From Aliivibrio fischeri ES114 (GTDB lineage Bacteria; Pseudomonadota; Gammaproteobacteria; Enterobacterales; Vibrionaceae): DNA of 32,000 nt. Shown here piece after piece: positions 18,231 through 26,487 of the stretch (the stretch's first letter is position 1; each line of letters begins with the position of its first letter). Where the stretch lies: assembly GCF_000011805.1 (NCBI RefSeq), contig NC_006841.2; one strand, given 5' to 3'. The notes beneath the pieces are model-generated. The model was not told the DNA's origin. It ran no database searches and worked only from the letters and a program-made list of their open reading frames with translations. The position numbers and the translations under genes are program-made.

Positions 18231-19664
18231 TCAATTTGCCATAGTGACACGGTTTCGTCCGTTATTCTTAGATTGATATAGAGCAGCATCGGCACGTTTG
18301 TATGCATCTGAAAACGTCGTGTCATCATCTACAACACCACCAATTGATACTGTTACATGCAGATCTGCAATTAATTCTTTTTCTATCGCTGATCGTATCC
18401 TCTCAGCTTTTTCTTCTGAATTCGTAACACTAACGGAGTCCAACAAAATGATAAACTCCTCTCCTCCCCAACGAATACAATAATCTTGGTTACTTCTTAC
18501 TGAGGCTAAAATACGTTGCGCAATTTGCTGAATGACTTCATCACCTTTCTTATGACCATAGGTATCGTTAATTTGTTTGAAGTTGTCTATATCAATAATC
18601 AACAATGAAAATGCCTTCATTTTTTTCAGGCGTTTTTCATAAAAGTCACGGCGATAAAACCCTGTCATCGTATCATATTGCAACAAAAACTTGCTGCGCT
18701 TTACATTATAGCCAATTGCAAACAAAGCTAAGGTAATGAACAACGAAGGAAAAATTATTTTCTTTATTAAATCAACAAGGTTTATCCCTAATGTAAATGG
18801 GTCTAACTCAGAACATGGGAGATAAGCCGATTTTTGATATAAATTATTTTTGTTTTGACTGTTCACAACCATATTTTTGATTTTGTTATAGTGCTCTATT
18901 CTCTCATGTAAAAGTGATGCTTTAATATCAACGACTAACAGTGCATCTAAGTGTCGTTTATTATAGATAGGATAATATATCGAGCGAATATTCTCACTCG
19001 TACCATCTTCTATGTATTTTTCCGTCAACTTCAGGTTACAACCATAAAAAGATTGATAGGTTTGTTTTAAATTTTCATTATCTACAATGTGTGAGATAAC
19101 GTTATCTTCCTCTATCTTCTCATAAAATTGCTCATAACTATCTCTGATCGGATCTAAATGAAAATAACTCGATGGGTTCTGGAAGACAGCGATTGTCCAT
19201 AAATTATCACCAATAAGTTTCTCTAACTCAGTTCGTAATTTACTTATCCCTTCAGATAAAACCTTAACTTCTGTATCTCGAGTAACAACAACAGTGACAT
19301 CATTCCTAAAATAACGCCCTTCATCTAATGTGATAGCTGTTGCATTATTATAATAAGATGAGAAACGTCGACTTATCGAATAGACACTTTTATAGTCATC
19401 TACAATTTCACGCTCTAATCGATTCACTGAAATGATATTGAAGAAGAAATAGCAAATTAAACATACGCAAAAGATCAAAGTCCACATTTTCAAAATAATA
19501 AAAATATAGCTTTTTAACTGTGGCAACATTAATCGTCTTAGCATCGTCATTCTTTGAGTAGTAAAAGGTGCGAAATATATAGCAACAATAAAAGGAATCA
19601 ATCTTTGTTTTTTATAAAGTGAGACATTGTCTCCAATTAGAGAAAGCCTAACATAACCACCCAC
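18231..19664 (-). CDS. Membrane-bound diguanylate cyclase (GGDEF) with a Cache-like periplasmic sensor region
   Basis: The C-terminal GGDEF domain includes FYRRDFYEKRL, LLIIDIDNFKQINDTYGHKKGDEV, RWGGEEFIILL and YQSKNNGRNRV. Two hydrophobic segments flank about 230 aa ending in RSIYYPIYNKRHLDALLVVDIKASLL (Cache-like). The GTG start at 19664 is preceded by AAGGAA with a 7-nt spacer. Confidence 0.85.
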   Translation of the reverse strand: MGGYVRLSLIGDNVSLYKKQRLIPFIVAIYFAPFTTQRMTMLRRLMLPQLKSYIFIILKMWTLIFCVCLICYFFFNIISVNRLEREIVDDYKSVYSISRRFSSYYNNATAITLDEGRYFRNDVTVVVTRDTEVKVLSEGISKLRTELEKLIGDNLWTIAVFQNPSSYFHLDPIRDSYEQFYEKIEEDNVISHIVDNENLKQTYQSFYGCNLKLTEKYIEDGTSENIRSIYYPIYNKRHLDALLVVDIKASLLHERIEHYNKIKNMVVNSQNKNNLYQKSAYLPCSELDPFTLGINLVDLIKKIIFPSLFITLALFAIGYNVKRSKFLLQYDTMTGFYRRDFYEKRLKKMKAFSLLIIDIDNFKQINDTYGHKKGDEVIQQIAQRILASVRSNQDYCIRWGGEEFIILLDSVSVTNSEEKAERIRSAIEKELIADLHVTVSIGGVVDDDTTFSDAYKRADAALYQSKNNGRNRVTMAN

Positions 19665-19865
19665 AAAAACATTCCTTTAATTTATAGAAATATAAAATTC
19701 ATTCATTAAAACAACAATTAAAAACAAAACTTACAACATAAGTTTAAATTCTCATCGAAACATCACGATACAAAAAAGCGTATTTTTTGTGATCTAAGTT
19801 GTCATTTTAGCTGAAAATGTATGCTAGGGTTTTAATGTATTGTTATCAAAAGGAGAGAAGTAATT

Positions 19866-20063
19866 ATGAAACCTGAATTTGTTTATCAAGTGCCAGCGGA
19901 ATTTGGTGCTACAGGTTTGGCAACAGCAGAAAAAGAAGCAGAAGCTTTGTATTCTGAGTTACTAGGTAAAGGCGCAAGAAACATGACAGAAGTGAAAATA
20001 GAATTGAAAGATTCTAATGTCATTGGCAGCTGGGTTATTGATGGCGAAAGATACTTCATGTAA
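19866..20063 (+). CDS. Small hypothetical protein (65 aa)
   Basis: A strong SD (aaaggagagaagtaattATG) and its own downstream terminator hairpin bracket the ORF. The composition is non-repetitive and protein-like. I recognise no family. Confidence 0.55.
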   Translation: MKPEFVYQVPAEFGATGLATAEKEAEALYSELLGKGARNMTEVKIELKDSNVIGSWVIDGERYFM

Positions 20064-20081
20064 CTAATATAACTGTAGCAA

Positions 20082-20118
20082 AATGGACCTATTGTTTGAT
20101 AGGTTCATCCATTTTTTT
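20082..20118 (+). terminator. Intrinsic terminator after the 65-aa ORF
   Basis: In aatggacctattgtttgataggttcatccattttttt, the interrupted stem (atgga/tccat and cctat/atagg) is followed by T7. Confidence 0.6.
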
Positions 20119-20255
20119 AAAAGCTCACATCGAATACCACTACACCCCCTATTGTTCCTTCATCGCTCACATTTCATATGTTTTTTATAATTTTATTTTA
20201 ACAATGCCATTATTCATAATATAATGTGAAGCATCTCGCATAATTGACTTTATAT

Positions 20256-20966
20256 ATGTTTAAACGTGTAACATTTGGTTTCAGAATAAGAAAACAACTT
20301 AAAAACAATAGAGTAACTCTTCCTCCAAGGTTATCTCTATTCCAAAGAGTTAGGCTACCATCCTCGTTAAAAATAGAAGAAAACGTTGCGTTTCGTGACG
20401 GCTATTTATTATGGAGCATGGGGGCATACTCATATAGTTATAGTCAACTTGAAAGAAATACAATCGTTGGACGTTACTGCTCAATCGCGAAAGATGTGAC
20501 AATTTTAGGCTACCAACACCCTCTACATCGTTTTACGACAAGTACTGTAACCTATTCTAATGATGAGTTTGCACTATCTGGTTTACAACAAGAGTCATTA
20601 AAAGAAAATAAAGACTACGTTCCACAACCCATCATCATTAAGAATGACGTTTGGATTGGAGCTAACGTAGTACTAAAACCAGGCATTACAATTGGTAATG
20701 GCGCTGTTATTGCAGCTAATGCAGTCGTAACTAAAGATGTTCCTGATTACGCTATTGTTGGCGGGATCCCAAGTAAACTTATAAGGTACCGTTTCAAAGA
20801 AGAAGTGATTAACGACTTATTAGATATAAAATGGTGGGAATATGACTTTTTAGACTTCCAATCTATCCCATTAGACTCTGATATTAATGACTTTATTCGA
20901 GATTTTAAACAGTTAGTCGATAGTAATAGCATCAAAAAATACCATCCAAAAACGTTTACCATATAA
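20256..20966 (+). CDS. Hexapeptide-repeat xenobiotic acyltransferase (XAT/CatB/Vat-like) family protein
   Basis: Left-handed beta-helix repeats are present (IKNDVWIGANVVLKPGITIGNGAVIAANAVVTKDVPDYAIVGGIPSKLIRYRF). The XAT-type region is GAYSYS...IVGRYCSIAKDVTILGYQHPLHRFTTS, and the C-terminus has a Vat-like LLDIKWWEYD. There is no clear SD, and a TTG at 20244 is an alternative start. Confidence 0.75.
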   Translation: MFKRVTFGFRIRKQLKNNRVTLPPRLSLFQRVRLPSSLKIEENVAFRDGYLLWSMGAYSYSYSQLERNTIVGRYCSIAKDVTILGYQHPLHRFTTSTVTYSNDEFALSGLQQESLKENKDYVPQPIIIKNDVWIGANVVLKPGITIGNGAVIAANAVVTKDVPDYAIVGGIPSKLIRYRFKEEVINDLLDIKWWEYDFLDFQSIPLDSDINDFIRDFKQLVDSNSIKKYHPKTFTI

Positions 20967-20983
20967 TTTTATTCTACGTACAC

Positions 20984-21008
20984 AAAAAAGGGTCGCAAAC
21001 TGCGACCC
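20984..21008 (-). terminator. Intrinsic terminator of guaC
   Basis: In aaaaaagggtcgcaaactgcgaccc, the stem is gggtcgc/gcgaccc and the T-run is on the minus strand, 34 nt beyond the guaC stop. Confidence 0.75.
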
Positions 21009-21041
21009 TAACTTATTCGTTATTTCATTAAAAGTGAGTTA

Positions 21042-22085
21042 TCACTCTTTACCGAAAACGTTGTTCTCTTGCTCTTGTACTCGAATGAAAGTAGTACGCT
21101 TAGTTAGCTCTTTAAGCTTTGCTGCGCCTACGTATGTACAAGTTGAACGTACACCACCAAGGATGTCAGAAATCGTGTTATGAACTGAACCACGGAATGG
21201 TAATAGAACGGTTTTACCTTCAGCAGCACGGTACTTAGCAACACCACCAGAGTGTTTGTCCATCGCGCTTTGTGAAGACATTCCGTAGAACTTCATGAAC
21301 GTCTTACCATCTTGTTCGATAACTTCACCGCCGGACTCTTCGTGACCAGCTAGCATACCACCAAGCATTACGAAATCAGCACCGCCGCCGAACGCTTTAG
21401 ATACGTCACCCGCACACGAACAACCACCGTCACCGATAATACGACCACCAAGACCGTGAGCAGCATCTGCACATTCGATAATTGCAGAAAGTTGTGGGTA
21501 ACCAACACCTGTTTTAACACGTGTAGTACATACAGAGCCTGGGCCAATACCTACTTTTACAATATCTGCACCAGCAAGGATAAGCTCTTCAACCATATCA
21601 CCAGTTACAACGTTACCCGCAGAAATCACTTTATCAGGGAATTCAGCACGCACTTTTTCAACATATTGAACTAGGTGTTCAGAGTAACCATTCGCAATAT
21701 CAATACAAATAAAGATCAAATCATCGGTTAATGCCATGATATCTTTAGTTTTTTGGAAATCAGCTTCTGAAGTACCAGTAGAAACCATTGCGTTTTTAAG
21801 AACAGAAGCATCGTTCTCTTTAATAAACTCAGCCCAATCAGCAACAGTGTAGTGCTTATGTACAGCAGTCATTACACCATGCTCAGATAATGCCTTCGCC
21901 ATTGCAAAGCTACCTACAGAATCCATGTTAGCTGCAATTACAGGTGTACCAGACCATTGACGTCCGCTATGTTTGAATGTAAAATCGCGGGTTAATTCAA
22001 CCTGAGAGCGACTTTTCAGCGTTGAACGCTTAGGTCGAAACAGTACATCTTTGAAGCCTAACTTTAATTCTTGTTCGATACGCAT
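21042..22085 (-). CDS. guaC: GMP reductase
   Basis: [31 protein letters not shown]..., the IMPDH/GMPR barrel motifs ([19 protein letters not shown]-like RIIGDGGC) and the 347-aa length are typical of GuaC. SD is gaggaa. Confidence 0.96.
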   Translation of the reverse strand: MRIEQELKLGFKDVLFRPKRSTLKSRSQVELTRDFTFKHSGRQWSGTPVIAANMDSVGSFAMAKALSEHGVMTAVHKHYTVADWAEFIKENDASVLKNAMVSTGTSEADFQKTKDIMALTDDLIFICIDIANGYSEHLVQYVEKVRAEFPDKVISAGNVVTGDMVEELILAGADIVKVGIGPGSVCTTRVKTGVGYPQLSAIIECADAAHGLGGRIIGDGGCSCAGDVSKAFGGGADFVMLGGMLAGHEESGGEVIEQDGKTFMKFYGMSSQSAMDKHSGGVAKYRAAEGKTVLLPFRGSVHNTISDILGGVRSTCTYVGAAKLKELTKRTTFIRVQEQENNVFGKE

Positions 22086-22171
22086 GATAAATTCCTCGTC
22101 TTATCGATAAGGCTCTACTACCTCTTGTTGCCTTTGGCAGAAGGCAGTTAACAAACCAAGATAGCAGGCAC

Positions 22172-22203
22172 AAAAAAACCGGGGCGCTGGCAGGCGCTCC
22201 GGT
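22172..22203 (-). terminator. Strong GC-rich hairpin plus U7 (minus strand) inside the guaC 5' leader / guaC-gsk spacer
   Basis: The 10-bp stem ACCGGGGCGC (22178-22187) / GCGCTCCGGT (22194-22203) has one G-U pair and the loop TGGCAG. On the minus strand it is followed by seven T (22172-22178); on the plus strand only four T follow. Confidence 0.6.
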
Positions 22204-22210
22204 TTTCAGT

Positions 22211-22238
22211 ATTATAGGCCCAGAAACCTTTTTAGCAA
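22211..22238 (-). promoter_or_regulatory. Sigma70-like promoter candidate reading toward guaC (TTGCTA-16 nt-TATAAT)
   Basis: The minus strand carries a consensus TATAAT (plus-strand attata, 22211-22216) and TTGCTA (plus-strand tagcaa, 22233-22238) separated by a 16-nt spacer. Confidence 0.45.
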
Positions 22239-22412
22239 GTCTGATAATTCAATTTTTTTTGTGATATCATCGATTAAAGTGCAAACAAAAACCACGAAAT
22301 AGTTAATTGCACTACCCCACACAAAAATTTAGATTATTATCCTGCAAATTATCACTTACCTAAAGTTTTGTAAAAAAGTAGAATTAGCTAAAATACGTAA
22401 CTTTATGTTCAA

Positions 22413-22428
22413 AAGTAAACGTTTGCTA
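22413..22428. promoter_or_regulatory. PurR-box-like palindrome upstream of gsk
   Basis: AAGTAAACGTTTGCTA has a perfect AAACGTTT core and 12/16 identity to the E. coli PurR consensus ACGCAAACGTTTGCGT as I recall it. It lies about 118 bp upstream of the gsk ATG. Confidence 0.4.
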
Positions 22429-22545
22429 TTTCTAGCCAAAGTCTACCTTGATCAACTTCTCATTTTTTTACTATTTTCATGAATAGATATCGAATTTAAT
22501 GTGATATACTTACGGAAAATTCACTCATTAACTGATCTTTAATAC

Positions 22546-23850
22546 ATGAAGTTTCCTGGCCAACGTAAGTCTAAACACTATTTTCCAGTTCACACTCGCG
22601 ATCCTCTAGTGAATCAAATCAACCAAACGCCTAAACTTGAACGCACTCACCTTATCGGTGTTGGTCAAACAATCGTAGATATCGAAGCAAAAGTAGACGA
22701 TGACTTTCTAAACCGTCATCAATTAAGTAAAGGTCATTCATTAGTTCTTGAAGAATCAAAAGCAGAAGCTTTATATAAAGAACTATTTGAAAGAAACTTG
22801 ATCAGTCATGAGTATCCTGGCGATACTATTGGTAATACACTTCATAACTATTCTGTACTTGCTGATAGCAAATCTATTCTTTTAGGTGTTATGAGTGAAG
22901 ATATCAAAATTGGTTCTTACGCTTACCGTTACTTATGTAACACAACAAGCCGTATGGACTTAGACTACCTACAGCCAGTTCAAGGTCCTATTGGCCGTTG
23001 TTACACGTTAATTTCTGAAGATGGTGAACGTACGTTTGCGATCAATGAAGGCGACATGAACCAACTGTGCCCTACTCATGTTCCAGAGCATATTTTCGAA
23101 AAAGCATCTGCACTAGTGATTTCCTCTTACCTTGTTCGTGGTAAAGAAGGTGATCCTATGATGGATGCAGTGCGTAAAGCTATCGATTGTGCAAAATCTC
23201 ATAACGTTCCTGTCGTTCTTACTTTAGGTACTAAATACGTTATCGAAGGCAAAGCAGAATGGTGGCAGACTTTCTTGAAAGAAAACGTAACTGTTGTTGC
23301 GATGAATGAAGAAGAAGCAGAAGCACTAACTGGTGAAAAAGATCCACTATTAGCCGCTGATAAAGCCTTAGAATGGGTTGATTTAGTACTTTGTACCGCT
23401 GGACCAATTGGCTTATACATGGCTGGTTTTACAGAAGAAAGTATTAAGCGTGAAACAAGCAAACCACTTCTTCCTGGTAACATTCCTGAGTTTAACCGCT
23501 TTGAATACAGCCGTCCGATGGTTAAAGCGTTATGTAAAAAACCAATTAAAGTATCTTCTCACATTGCACCGTATATGGGTGGCCCTGTTGAGATCAAAAA
23601 TACGAATGGTGCTGGTGATGCCGCATTATCTGCTCTTTTACATGATATGGCAGCGAACTACTATCATAAAGAAAATGTACCAAATTCAAGCAAGCATGAT
23701 GCTGAGTATTTGACCTATTCTTCTTTCTCTCAAATTTGTAAATACTCTAACCGTGCAAGTTACGAAGTATTAACTCAACACTCTCCACGTTTATCTAAAT
23801 CAATGCCTGAACGTGAAGATTGTTTAGAAGAAGCTTACTGGGAGCGTTAA
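22546..23850 (+). CDS. gsk: Inosine-guanosine kinase
   Basis: It is colinear with E. coli Gsk from memory (MKFPGQRKSKHYFPV, DIEAKVDD, GSYAYRYLCNT, PVVLTLGTK, NTNGAGD, EREDxLEExYW-R C-terminus). Confidence 0.96.
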   Translation: MKFPGQRKSKHYFPVHTRDPLVNQINQTPKLERTHLIGVGQTIVDIEAKVDDDFLNRHQLSKGHSLVLEESKAEALYKELFERNLISHEYPGDTIGNTLHNYSVLADSKSILLGVMSEDIKIGSYAYRYLCNTTSRMDLDYLQPVQGPIGRCYTLISEDGERTFAINEGDMNQLCPTHVPEHIFEKASALVISSYLVRGKEGDPMMDAVRKAIDCAKSHNVPVVLTLGTKYVIEGKAEWWQTFLKENVTVVAMNEEEAEALTGEKDPLLAADKALEWVDLVLCTAGPIGLYMAGFTEESIKRETSKPLLPGNIPEFNRFEYSRPMVKALCKKPIKVSSHIAPYMGGPVEIKNTNGAGDAALSALLHDMAANYYHKENVPNSSKHDAEYLTYSSFSQICKYSNRASYEVLTQHSPRLSKSMPEREDCLEEAYWER

Positions 23851-23872
23851 ATCCTATTAGCATCTGGTTCAT

Positions 23873-23905
23873 AAAAAAATCCGACGGTTAAACGTCGGAT
23901 TTTTT
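23873..23905. terminator. Bidirectional intrinsic terminator between gsk and ppiC
   Basis: aaaaaaatccgacggttaaacgtcggattttttg has the 8-bp stem atccgacg/cgtcggat with A7 on the 5' side and T5 on the 3' side. Confidence 0.85.
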
Positions 23906-23926
23906 GTATTTATAATTCAGTTTTAA

Positions 23927-24205
23927 TTAAGTGCGGTATAGAACCTTAACAACATGCCAACCGAACTTTGTTTTTACTAAATGTGGAACTAAAGTTTCGC
24001 CGCTAAAACACACTTTATCAAACTGAGGTACCATTTGACCTTTCTTGAATTCACCTAAGTCACCGCCTCTTTTACCAGAAGGACAGCTTGAATATTTCTT
24101 TGCTAGTACGTGAAACTTAGCGCCTTTTTTAAGCTGTTGGATAATATCTTCTGCTTGTTCTTTATGCTTAACAAGAATATGTAGAGCCGCTGCAGTATTC
24201 GCCAT
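23927..24205 (-). CDS. ppiC: Parvulin-type peptidyl-prolyl cis-trans isomerase C
   Basis: The 92-aa product with AAALHILVK, [25 protein letters not shown] and KVLYR closely parallels E. coli PpiC. Confidence 0.95.
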   Translation of the reverse strand: MANTAAALHILVKHKEQAEDIIQQLKKGAKFHVLAKKYSSCPSGKRGGDLGEFKKGQMVPQFDKVCFSGETLVPHLVKTKFGWHVVKVLYRT

Positions 24206-24345
24206 GAATGCCTCAATTTATTTAAATAACGATTTAGCGTAATTATATCGTTTATGTCACCATAATTGATAGTCTCACCTTTAAAAACCGTCTCAAAAAA
24301 ACTACAATCTCATTTATAAAAGTAAAATCTAAAAGGCTATCACTT

Positions 24346-25242
24346 ATGAAAAGCAAGGCGAATCAATCGCAAGGTATGCTGCTATTCAAACTCACACTAA
24401 ACCAAAGGTTTGCTATTGGCACCTTGAAAGTTCGTGAGATCGTACCTTTCCAGCCTCTCACATCTATCCCCTATTCTCATCATCATGTTTTAGGTACCGC
24501 AACCATAAGAAATATGGCGATACCAATTATTGATATGGCAGCAGCAGTTGGATTTCGACCATTACAAAAAGAAGAACTTGATAGCTGTTATATCATCATT
24601 ACTGATTGCATGCGTACTGTTGTTGGGTTCGCAATCAGATCTATCGATAAAATAATAGAATGTGATTGGAAAGCAATTGAAGCCTCTCCACCAACCGCTG
24701 GTTCTAATGTTTTTGTTACTGGTATTACACGAGTTGAAGATAAAATCGTTCAATTACTCGATGTTGAACTGTTACTATCAAAAATCTATCCAGAAGATAC
24801 TTCTAATTTATATCCTATCTTGGCGGACGTTGAAAGAGAGAAACTAAAACCGTTAAACATACTATTAGTTGATGACTCTTTTGTTGCACGTAAACAGCTT
24901 TCAACTGCACTCGACAGTATTAATATCCCTTATGATGTTGCAACAAACGGTTTAGATGCTTATGAAATACTAAAAAAATCATCTGATGAAGGTAAACCAT
25001 ATAATATCGTTGTTAGTGATATTGAAATGCCGGGATTAGATGGATACGAATTGGCTTTTGAGATTCAAAATGACAATCGATTAAAAGATGCTTATGTCAT
25101 TCTTCATACCTCACTTTCAAGTGAGATCTGTGTAGAGCAAGCGCACCAAGTCGGTGCTCACGAAGCCCTAACAAAATTTGAAGCGACGGAATTAGTTCAA
25201 GCAATGCTTCGTGGTGCAAACCACAACAACCGAGCTGCTTAA
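24346..25242 (+). CDS. cheV: Chemotaxis coupling protein CheV (CheW-like domain plus receiver domain)
   Basis: The N-terminal CheW-like region contains FAIGTLKVREIV and IPIIDMAAAVG. The C-terminal REC domain contains ILLVDDSFVARKQL, VVSDIEMPGLDGYEL and ILHTSLS. Confidence 0.88.
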   Translation: MKSKANQSQGMLLFKLTLNQRFAIGTLKVREIVPFQPLTSIPYSHHHVLGTATIRNMAIPIIDMAAAVGFRPLQKEELDSCYIIITDCMRTVVGFAIRSIDKIIECDWKAIEASPPTAGSNVFVTGITRVEDKIVQLLDVELLLSKIYPEDTSNLYPILADVEREKLKPLNILLVDDSFVARKQLSTALDSINIPYDVATNGLDAYEILKKSSDEGKPYNIVVSDIEMPGLDGYELAFEIQNDNRLKDAYVILHTSLSSEICVEQAHQVGAHEALTKFEATELVQAMLRGANHNNRAA

Positions 25243-25252
25243 TTAACCTGCG

Positions 25253-25300
25253 CATACAAAAATAACTTACACATACAAAAATAACTTACACATACAAAAA
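25253..25300 (+). repeat. 19-bp tandem repeat, about 2.5 copies (catacaaaaataacttaca)
   Basis: Two perfect copies lie at 25253-25271 and 25272-25290, with a partial third (catacaaaaa) running into the terminator stem. Confidence 0.9.
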
Positions 25301-25332
25301 ACCGCATTACCCTAGGATAATGCGGTTTTTTT
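25295..25332. terminator. Bidirectional intrinsic terminator between cheV and the MaoC-like gene
   Basis: caaaaaaccgcattaccctaggataatgcggttttttt has the 9-bp stem accgcatta/taatgcggt with an A-run on the 5' side and T7 on the 3' side. Confidence 0.85.
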
Positions 25333-25363
25333 ATATTTTTGTTTATTACTTAAAATTAAAGAA

Positions 25364-26047
25364 TTAAAAGTACAGACGAATTACCGATACGGCTACACAC
25401 CCAGGGCGGCGACACTTTTCAATTTCAACTTTAACTTCTGTCTCAATCTCTAAACCACGCTTGATTGGTGTCACTGACATCAGTGTGCTTCTTGCTCGAA
25501 TACGCTTACCCGCTTTAACTGGATATGGAAAACGCACTTTATTTAAACCGTAGTTAACAGTCATCTTTGCTGTTGGGAACAGTAAGTTATCGCTACCGAC
25601 GTTATCTGTTAGTTTTGACAACATAGAAAGTGTAAGAAAGCCGTGTGCGATAGTGGTTTTAAAAGGTGATTCTGCCGCTGCTCTCTCAGGATCGGTATGA
25701 ATCCACTGCGGATCCTCCGTCACTGCACCAAAACTGTTAATTCGCTCTTGATCCATTAGTGACCAATCACCTACATGAATTTCTTCACCTAAACGAGCAG
25801 TTAGCTCTTCAAAAACGTTTTGTGTTTCTAAGTTCATTTCAATTGGCTCAGGTTGAACAACTTCTTGCGACTGTCCATTTGCAGCACGCTTATGTTCTTT
25901 AACCCACGAAATAATGTGAATATTGTTGGCTTTATTTAAAAACTCAATCCAGTAATCATAAATGGTTGGTGACATCCAGTCTTTCAACTCGAACGGATGC
26001 TTCGCAAGATATTCACGCTTATGCTTTAGAAAATCGACAACCTTCAT
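25364..26047 (-). CDS. MaoC-like (R)-hydratase/dehydratase hot-dog fold protein with an N-terminal extension of about 70 aa
   Basis: The MaoC hydratase motif region is FGAVTEDPQWIHTDPERAAAESPFKTTIAHGFLTLSML. I do not recognise the N-terminal 70 aa. Confidence 0.8.
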   Translation of the reverse strand: MKVVDFLKHKREYLAKHPFELKDWMSPTIYDYWIEFLNKANNIHIISWVKEHKRAANGQSQEVVQPEPIEMNLETQNVFEELTARLGEEIHVGDWSLMDQERINSFGAVTEDPQWIHTDPERAAAESPFKTTIAHGFLTLSMLSKLTDNVGSDNLLFPTAKMTVNYGLNKVRFPYPVKAGKRIRARSTLMSVTPIKRGLEIETEVKVEIEKCRRPGCVAVSVIRLYF

Positions 26048-26395
26048 AGAGAAACCTTATTTGATATCTAATCGTAAAAACAATGCTTAATAGCCAGATT
26101 GCGTAATTGTGTTACACATCACGTTTTTTTGCAAATTATTTCCTAGCTTACACCTGTTCGCTCTAATTAACTTTTCCCTTACTAAACAAACAACTATCGA
26201 TAATGAACACTGTTCAAAAAAAATCTATTATGAGAAGTAATGCTCATATTTCAGCAAATAAATCATAGAAAGACGTTAAAATACACACTAATTCCACACT
26301 TATTTTAGTGACTATTATGCTCTAATTATGAGTTTTCAATCGCATTTTTGATAATTCATGTGAATTAGCTTAGATTAAATATTCCCAAAATCAAT

Positions 26396-26428
26396 AAACA
26401 AAAAACCTCTGAATAAATACAGAGGTTT
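26396..26428 (-). terminator. Intrinsic terminator of gcvT
   Basis: In aaaaaacctctgaataaatacagaggtt, the stem is acctctg/cagaggt and the T-run is on the minus strand, about 60 nt beyond the gcvT stop. Confidence 0.7.
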
Positions 26429-26487
26429 TCAAATAACTCAAACTATTTATGATCAACAAACGATCAAACACTTCTTGTTGTTATTAA

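Noticed and set aside
11203-20243. Whether the regulator / barrel / protease / GGDEF / small-ORF / XAT stretch is a mobile genomic island
   Set aside because: I see no integrase, transposase, tRNA, flanking direct repeats or phage genes. The barrel and protease genes have ordinary G+C by eye, and the conserved FRase I gene sits in the middle. Only individual genes (regulator, XAT) look compositionally atypical.
22261-22276. TGTGATAT motifs (also at about 22500), considered as CRP sites in the guaC-gsk spacer
   Set aside because: Only the TGTGA half-site is present. The second half-sites (CGATT, TACGG) are poor matches to TCACA.
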